Of a stretch of 64,000 bases of DNA, positions 58,991-64,000 are shown piece after piece. Position numbers and translations under genes: made by a program. The DNA is from Spirulina sp. (lineage in GTDB: Bacteria; Cyanobacteriota; Cyanobacteriia; Phormidesmidales; Phormidesmidaceae), in contig JBIPSI010000001.1 of NCBI GenBank assembly GCA_044070495.1, positions 128,001 through 192,000 of the forward strand, read 5' to 3'. Under the pieces are notes generated by a model. That model did not search any database, had not been told where the DNA came from, and saw only the letters and a list, made by a program, of their open reading frames with translations. Every line of letters begins with the position of its first letter. The first letter of the stretch is position 1.

Positions 58991-59088
58991 GCCCGGACAA
59001 CCACGGATTCTTGGGGTGTGCCTTGGCAAAAATGACCCTGTAGATCCAAGACCCATCGGTTAAGCAAGGCTAGGATTACCGATCCGTC

Positions 59089-59865
59089 CTAGGCTCTGGC
59101 GGCGACGACATTTTCTAACGCGCCAATGCCTTCAATTTCCACCCGCACCCGGTCGCCAATGGCGAGGGGGCCAACTCCCGCCGGAGTGCCCGTTAGCACC
59201 ACATCACCGGGAAGCAGGGTCATAATGTGGCTGATGTAGGTGATCAACTGGCCAGGGTTGAAAATCATCATGTCGATGGACGCGGACTGCACCGGATTGG
59301 GGTCGTCGTTGAGAAAGGTTTGAATGACGGCGGCGGGGCTAATTTCCCGCACAATCCAAGGCCCCAAGGGACAGAAGGAGTCGAACCCTTTGGCCCTCGT
59401 CCACTGGCCATCTTTTTTTTGCAGGTCGCGGGCGGTGACATCGTTGGCGATGGTATAGCCCCAGATTTTGCTCTGGGCTTCCTCTAGGGGCACTTGGGCG
59501 CAGCGTTCACCAATAATAATAGCCAGTTCTCCCTCGTAATCCACCTGCTGAGACTGGGGCGGATAGTAAATCGACGATCCCGACGAGATCACCGTGGTAG
59601 AAGGCTTCAGGAAAATCAGAGGTTCCGGCGGCGGCGGCGTCCCCATTTCGGCGGCGTGGTCGGCATAGTTTTTACCGACGGCAACCACCTTAGACGGGGC
59701 ACAGGGAGCCAAGATCGTGTACTGAGCCGGGAGTAGCTCAGCCTCCGTGGGTTGTCCCTGGAGCCAGGGTGGCGCATCCAACACCTGCACCCGGCGGTCG
59801 GGATGAAGCAACCCATAATGGAGCTGCCCAAGGTGAGACTGAACTCTAACGTAGCGCTGCGCCAT
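59089..59865 (-). CDS. Fumarylacetoacetate hydrolase family protein
   Basis: GKNYADH, DYEGEL, NDVTARD, KGFDSF, TGTPAGVG. Confidence 0.92.
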   Translation of the reverse strand: MAQRYVRVQSHLGQLHYGLLHPDRRVQVLDAPPWLQGQPTEAELLPAQYTILAPCAPSKVVAVGKNYADHAAEMGTPPPPEPLIFLKPSTTVISSGSSIYYPPQSQQVDYEGELAIIIGERCAQVPLEEAQSKIWGYTIANDVTARDLQKKDGQWTRAKGFDSFCPLGPWIVREISPAAVIQTFLNDDPNPVQSASIDMMIFNPGQLITYISHIMTLLPGDVVLTGTPAGVGPLAIGDRVRVEIEGIGALENVVAARA

Positions 59866-60018
59866 AATACTTGCTAAATCTTGATATAATTGTAGATCCT
59901 TGTCTTTACGCTAGCCGCAAGGCTCCTGGCCCCTAGGTTCCCCCTAGGCTGGTTGTTAGGGGGCTATAAACGCTGTTTTCAAGGGTGTAAAGGCCATTTT
60001 TGTCCATAAGGAGCCTCC

Positions 60019-60354
60019 ATGAAATCATACATGTACGAAACCATGTACATTCTGCGTCCCGACCTCAATGACGAGGTTGTGGATGGCACCATTGGTAAAT
60101 ATCAAACCATGCTCAAGGATCAGGGTGCCTCCATTCTGGAAACCCAGCACCGGGGCAAGCGTCGTTTGGCCTACGAGATCGACCGCAACCGGGAAGGCAT
60201 CTACATCCAGATGAACTACACTGGCCCTGGCGAAATCGTGGCTCCCCTAGAGCGGGCGATGCGTCTTAGCGATGATGTCATTCGTTTCCTCACGGTGAAA
60301 CAAGAGACCGAGGAAGCCCCGGTGGCCGAAGCCGTCGTCGAAGACGCTGAGTAG
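60019..60354 (+). CDS. rpsF: 30S ribosomal protein S6
   Basis: [27 protein letters not shown]. Confidence 0.96.
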   Translation: MKSYMYETMYILRPDLNDEVVDGTIGKYQTMLKDQGASILETQHRGKRRLAYEIDRNREGIYIQMNYTGPGEIVAPLERAMRLSDDVIRFLTVKQETEEAPVAEAVVEDAE

Positions 60355-60426
60355 ACGATAGCCAAGTTATCTGCTCCCTGCGGCCCCGCAACCTAGCCCC
60401 CTGGCTTAACGTTTAGGGAGCCATCA

Positions 60427-60468
60427 GCGCCACAGTGCCTTCGGGAACTGTGGCGTTCTATTTGTTTT
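60427..60468 (+). terminator. Hairpin downstream of rpsF
   Basis: GCGCCACAGT..ACTGTGGCGT stem followed by a T-rich tract. Confidence 0.55.
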
Positions 60469-60659
60469 CAGACTTTTGAAAACAGGTGTGCCAGTTTTGG
60501 CAGCAGGTGCTACATTAGCAGCAATTTGGCCCTCCCCTAGGTTAGAAGCCAGGTCATCACCCAAAGAAAGCTTAGCTAACAGCGTTTCTCTGGGCTAAAA
60601 CATGGGCTAGGGGATTAGGGTTCAGCCCTGGTTGGCCAAAGCTAGTCGGTAATCGTTAG

Positions 60660-61235
60660 TTGGATGGGAGTAGTCCTGTGACGTCGTCTCCGTACACAGA
60701 TATGAATGATCAGCAGGCCGAAGTCGCGCGCCTGACCGCTGAGTTGGAAATTCGTGACCAGCTTGTGCAACAACTCTCCCAGGAGTTATTTCGGCTGGTG
60801 AAGGGCAATGCTGGGTTTATGCCTAGCCCTGAGGTCTCCGAGCAGCACCAGGCCGAGGTACGCGCCCTGCGGGATCAGCTACGGGGCGTGGAAAAGCAGA
60901 TTGACTTTTACCAAGGCCAGCTAGAGGAACGGGATGCCGAGGTGCTGCAACTTCGCCAAACGGTTCAGGAACTCACGGATCGTTCGCGGATGCTGGAGCA
61001 GGTTGTGCAAGAACTGCCCACGGTGTATCGCCAAAAGTTTGCCGAGCGCCTAACCACCGTGAAGCAACGGGTAGCCGAACTCCAGCGGGAGAACCGCCAG
61101 CTTCAGGCCGAATTGCAGAGCGTTACCTACCGCTTGGCCCTGCGTACCCGTCGCAGCCAACGCCTAGAACTGCCCAGCCTCAGCCAGGAGGGCAACCTAG
61201 ACGGCCTCTCGCTGCCCTCCTTCGGCAACGCCTGA
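60660..61235 (+). CDS. Coiled-coil protein (Npun_F5560-like)
   Basis: RDQLVQQLSQELFRLVKGN, LTDRSRMLEQVVQELP..YRQKF; start uncertain. Confidence 0.75.
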   Translation: MDGSSPVTSSPYTDMNDQQAEVARLTAELEIRDQLVQQLSQELFRLVKGNAGFMPSPEVSEQHQAEVRALRDQLRGVEKQIDFYQGQLEERDAEVLQLRQTVQELTDRSRMLEQVVQELPTVYRQKFAERLTTVKQRVAELQRENRQLQAELQSVTYRLALRTRRSQRLELPSLSQEGNLDGLSLPSFGNA

Positions 61236-61423
61236 GGATCTAGACTTTCAACCCACCTTCGGCTATTCGCACGACAGACTTAGATCAGATTTTTTTAGAT
61301 CAGATTTCTGAGGCGGGTCGCTCTAACGGGGCGGGTCGCTAGGACTTGGAGCACAGGACGAGACAACTCACATGGGGCATCACCGCTGTTTTCTCTTGCC
61401 TAGAATTACCGTCTAGAAGCACC

Positions 61424-61765
61424 ATGGATTTTGACACCGCCCACCAGTTTTTGCTCCAACAAACCCTTTCCCCCAGCGATGACCAGCGGGAAACCTTTAT
61501 TGCCTGCCTACGCCAAGGAAAACCACCCGTGCCGGGACAGGTCACCTCGCTACTCCTAGCCCTCAAGGTCATCTATGAAGCGCTTAAGGATGAACCTGTG
61601 CTAGACCGCACCCTGCTCAAAGCTCTACTGGTTTTGATTGACGACAGCGGCCAACTTTACCGTCAGGGTATCACCGAAGGCATTATGTGGCCCCCGCTGC
61701 TAGCTGACGACCTCACCCGCCTGCGCCAAGCCGCCCGTTCCATCATGATTGGCCAAGCCACCTAG
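61424..61765 (+). CDS. Conserved cyanobacterial hypothetical protein
   Basis: LRQGKPPVPGQVTSLLLALKV..WPPLL; start at MDFDTA. Confidence 0.7.
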   Translation: MDFDTAHQFLLQQTLSPSDDQRETFIACLRQGKPPVPGQVTSLLLALKVIYEALKDEPVLDRTLLKALLVLIDDSGQLYRQGITEGIMWPPLLADDLTRLRQAARSIMIGQAT

Positions 61766-61770
61766 TTCTG

Positions 61771-62418
61771 ATGCGCCACGCTCCTGCCTGTGTCCTAGTT
61801 TTTGCCCGCTATCCCACCCCTGGACAGGCTAAAACTCGGCTCATTCCGGCCCTCGGCCCAGAGGGGGCCGCGCAGTTGTATCGATGGCTGGCGGAACGGG
61901 TGATTGCCCAGGCTCGATCCTTGCAGCGTCAGGGTTTGGTGGATATCGCCCTCTGGCACAGCGGCGCAACGGCAGAGACCATGGGCGACTGGCTGGGCCA
62001 AGACCTGATCTACTGCGCTCAACCCGAAGGGGATCTCGGCCATCGCCTCGCCACCGCCATGGACTGGGCTTTTAATCAGGGGTACGAGTCGGCCCTAGTG
62101 ATTGGTACCGATTGCCCTGATCTCGATGCCGCTATTTTGAACCAAGGTTTGGAGTCCCTCGCCGCCGGAGTCGATCTGGTGTTGGGGCCAGCCCAGGATG
62201 GCGGCTACTACCTTCTGGGATTAACCGCTCCCCAGCCCACCCTGTTTGAAGGCATTGCCTGGAGTACGTCCACCGTCCTAGCCCAAACCAAAGCCCAGGC
62301 CCAACGACTTCACCTTACTGTTGCCGATCTGCCCATCCTCACCGACATCGACACCCCAGAGGATTTAGCGCATTTATCGCCATCCTGGCCCGTATCCTTG
62401 AGGAAGCCCGAACCCTAG
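61771..62418 (+). CDS. TIGR04282-type glycosyltransferase (DUF2064)
   Basis: ARYP..GQAKTRL, QPEGDLG, IGTDCP, GPAQDGGYYL, DIDTPEDL. Confidence 0.85.
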   Translation: MRHAPACVLVFARYPTPGQAKTRLIPALGPEGAAQLYRWLAERVIAQARSLQRQGLVDIALWHSGATAETMGDWLGQDLIYCAQPEGDLGHRLATAMDWAFNQGYESALVIGTDCPDLDAAILNQGLESLAAGVDLVLGPAQDGGYYLLGLTAPQPTLFEGIAWSTSTVLAQTKAQAQRLHLTVADLPILTDIDTPEDLAHLSPSWPVSLRKPEP

Positions 62419-62431
62419 GAGCGGTAAGACG

Positions 62432-63139
62432 GTGCCCTACCCCACCATCTCAGTTATTATTCCTACCCTCAACGAAGGGGGTACTCTGGCATCCACCCTA
62501 GACCGCTTGCTGCAAGAACCCAACCTAGAGGTGATCGTGGCGGATGGTGGCAGTACTGACGATACCTGCGCCCAGGCCCAGGCCAAGGGGGTTCAGGTTG
62601 TCCAAGCCACGGGTGGGCGAGGGGCACAGCTTAACCAGGGAGCGGCGGTAGCCACGGGCGAAATTCTGATCTTTCTCCATGCCGATACTCAATTACCCGC
62701 CAATGTTGAGATCTTGGTACAGCAGGCCCTAGCCGAACCCGATACCGTCGCTGGAGCCTTTGACCTAGCTATCGATGGCCCTGGCTGGAGACTACGCTGG
62801 ATTGAGCAGGGCGTGAAGTGGCGATCTCGCTGGCTGCGCCTACCCTACGGCGACCAAGCGCTGTTCCTCACCGCCGAGCACTTCCACCGCATGGGGGGCT
62901 TTGCTAACCTGCCCATCATGGAAGACTTTGATCTCGTGCAGCGCCTGAACCGCCAGGGCCGTATCGCTATGGTCTCAACCCCCGTGACCACCTCTAACCG
63001 TCGGTGGCAACGGCTAGGGGTATGGCGCACCACCGTCGCCAATCAAGCCATGGTGATCGGGTATCTGCTCGGCCTAGACATCCATAGCTTGGCCCACTGG
63101 TACCGCAGCCTAGGAAAATCCCGAACTCCGTCTTCCTAG
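62432..63139 (+). CDS. TIGR04283-type GT2 glycosyltransferase
   Basis: SVIIPTLNE, DGGSTD, FLHAD, PYGDQALF, IMED, TSNRRW. Confidence 0.87.
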   Translation: MPYPTISVIIPTLNEGGTLASTLDRLLQEPNLEVIVADGGSTDDTCAQAQAKGVQVVQATGGRGAQLNQGAAVATGEILIFLHADTQLPANVEILVQQALAEPDTVAGAFDLAIDGPGWRLRWIEQGVKWRSRWLRLPYGDQALFLTAEHFHRMGGFANLPIMEDFDLVQRLNRQGRIAMVSTPVTTSNRRWQRLGVWRTTVANQAMVIGYLLGLDIHSLAHWYRSLGKSRTPSS

Positions 63140-63260
63140 GCAAGGGTCGGATAACCAGATCTGGTTTGCGGCCCCTCCGGCATCGATGGGCCAGAAAACC
63201 TTGTCTCTACAGTTTATTGGGCAGAGACTTGGGGATTCCTCATTCGGATTTGGACTGAGG

Positions 63261-63806
63261 CTACATCATGGCCCCAACGCTCTGCCAGGTGGTGGCCACA
63301 AACACCACAAAGGCAATTAAGGCCAAAATGCCCTGGAGCACGTTGCCCACCAGGGTTCCGACCACAATGGCCAGCCCCACCTTGCCCGACTGGATAACCC
63401 GCTGCCCCAGTTTTAGCTCGCGGCGATGGAGGAATTCGCCCACAAAAGCTCCGATCACCGTCCCCAGCAGCAAGCCCAGGAGCGGAATACCCGTGGGCAG
63501 CAGCGGCAGCAAACCAAAAAGGCCCAGAAACATGCCGATAAAGGCCCCAATTTGCCCCCAGGAACTGGCCCCCACTCGCTGCGCCCCCAGCACCCCAGCC
63601 AGATAGTCAATCAGCACACTCAGCACGGTGGCGACGATAGCCACCCCCAGCGCCCACTTAAGGCCGCCAAAACCCGCCACAAAACCCCATGCAACCACGG
63701 CCCCCAGCACCAGACTAATCCCTGGCAGCGCTGGCACCACTGCCCCCACCACGCCTATCAGCATCACCAGCAGCAGCAGCCCATACACCGCAGGCTGCCA
63801 AGCCAT
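63261..63806 (-). CDS. DUF456 membrane protein
   Basis: GAVVPALPG, DYLAG..GA..GAS, GAFVGE; start approximate. Confidence 0.82.
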   Translation of the reverse strand: MAWQPAVYGLLLLVMLIGVVGAVVPALPGISLVLGAVVAWGFVAGFGGLKWALGVAIVATVLSVLIDYLAGVLGAQRVGASSWGQIGAFIGMFLGLFGLLPLLPTGIPLLGLLLGTVIGAFVGEFLHRRELKLGQRVIQSGKVGLAIVVGTLVGNVLQGILALIAFVVFVATTWQSVGAMM

Positions 63807-64000
63807 CGAAAAACCCACCTGGGCAACCAATACGCCAATTGGCAGGGGAAATAAGAAAACATCGACATCCATGGCAAGCGGGGGCATCCTAGGCCAGTTA
63901 GGGGCATCTACCTGTAATGTACACCATGACTCAATTCCCGTTCCGGTGGCCTAAAACGGCAGGCACACCGCAGATTTCGGCAACCCCATCCACCGCCCAA

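Noticed and set aside
61280..61340. Short direct duplications TTAGATCAGATTT x2 and GGCGGGTCGCT x2
   Set aside because: Two copies each in an intergenic gap; likely local duplication with no supportable function.

Overview
Chromosomal window of a GC-rich filamentous-type cyanobacterium (inferred from phycobiliprotein genes, ccmP, ado/aar and Tic20). Downstream of a tRNA-Thr(UGU) lie a low-light/far-red antenna operon (apcD4-apcB3-isiX) and a complete type I-D CRISPR-Cas locus: divergent WYL regulator, cas3', cas10d with internal cas11d, cas7d, cas5d, cas6, a small phage-like ORF, an MNT-HEPN toxin-antitoxin pair, an orphan AbrB-like gene, cas4, cas1, a four-helix-bundle gene, cas2, a leader and an array of 55 repeats/54 spacers (hand count). 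The most unusual structure is in the adaptation module. Every gene junction from cas4 to cas2 is filled with mutually complementary 7-bp repeat tracts, two share an identical GTT-YCTAGY-AACC hinge, and they bracket the four-helix-bundle (23S-IVP/Avd-like) gene. The rest is mostly housekeeping DNA. It includes a CHASE2-DUF928-CHAT cluster whose CHAT protease is fused to Omp85-type POTRA domains and a partial beta-barrel, two copies of a ~130-bp MITE-like element, a REP-like cluster between ado and aar, and a 47-aa PirA-like ORF missed by the ORF track. All family calls come from recognised motifs, not database searches.
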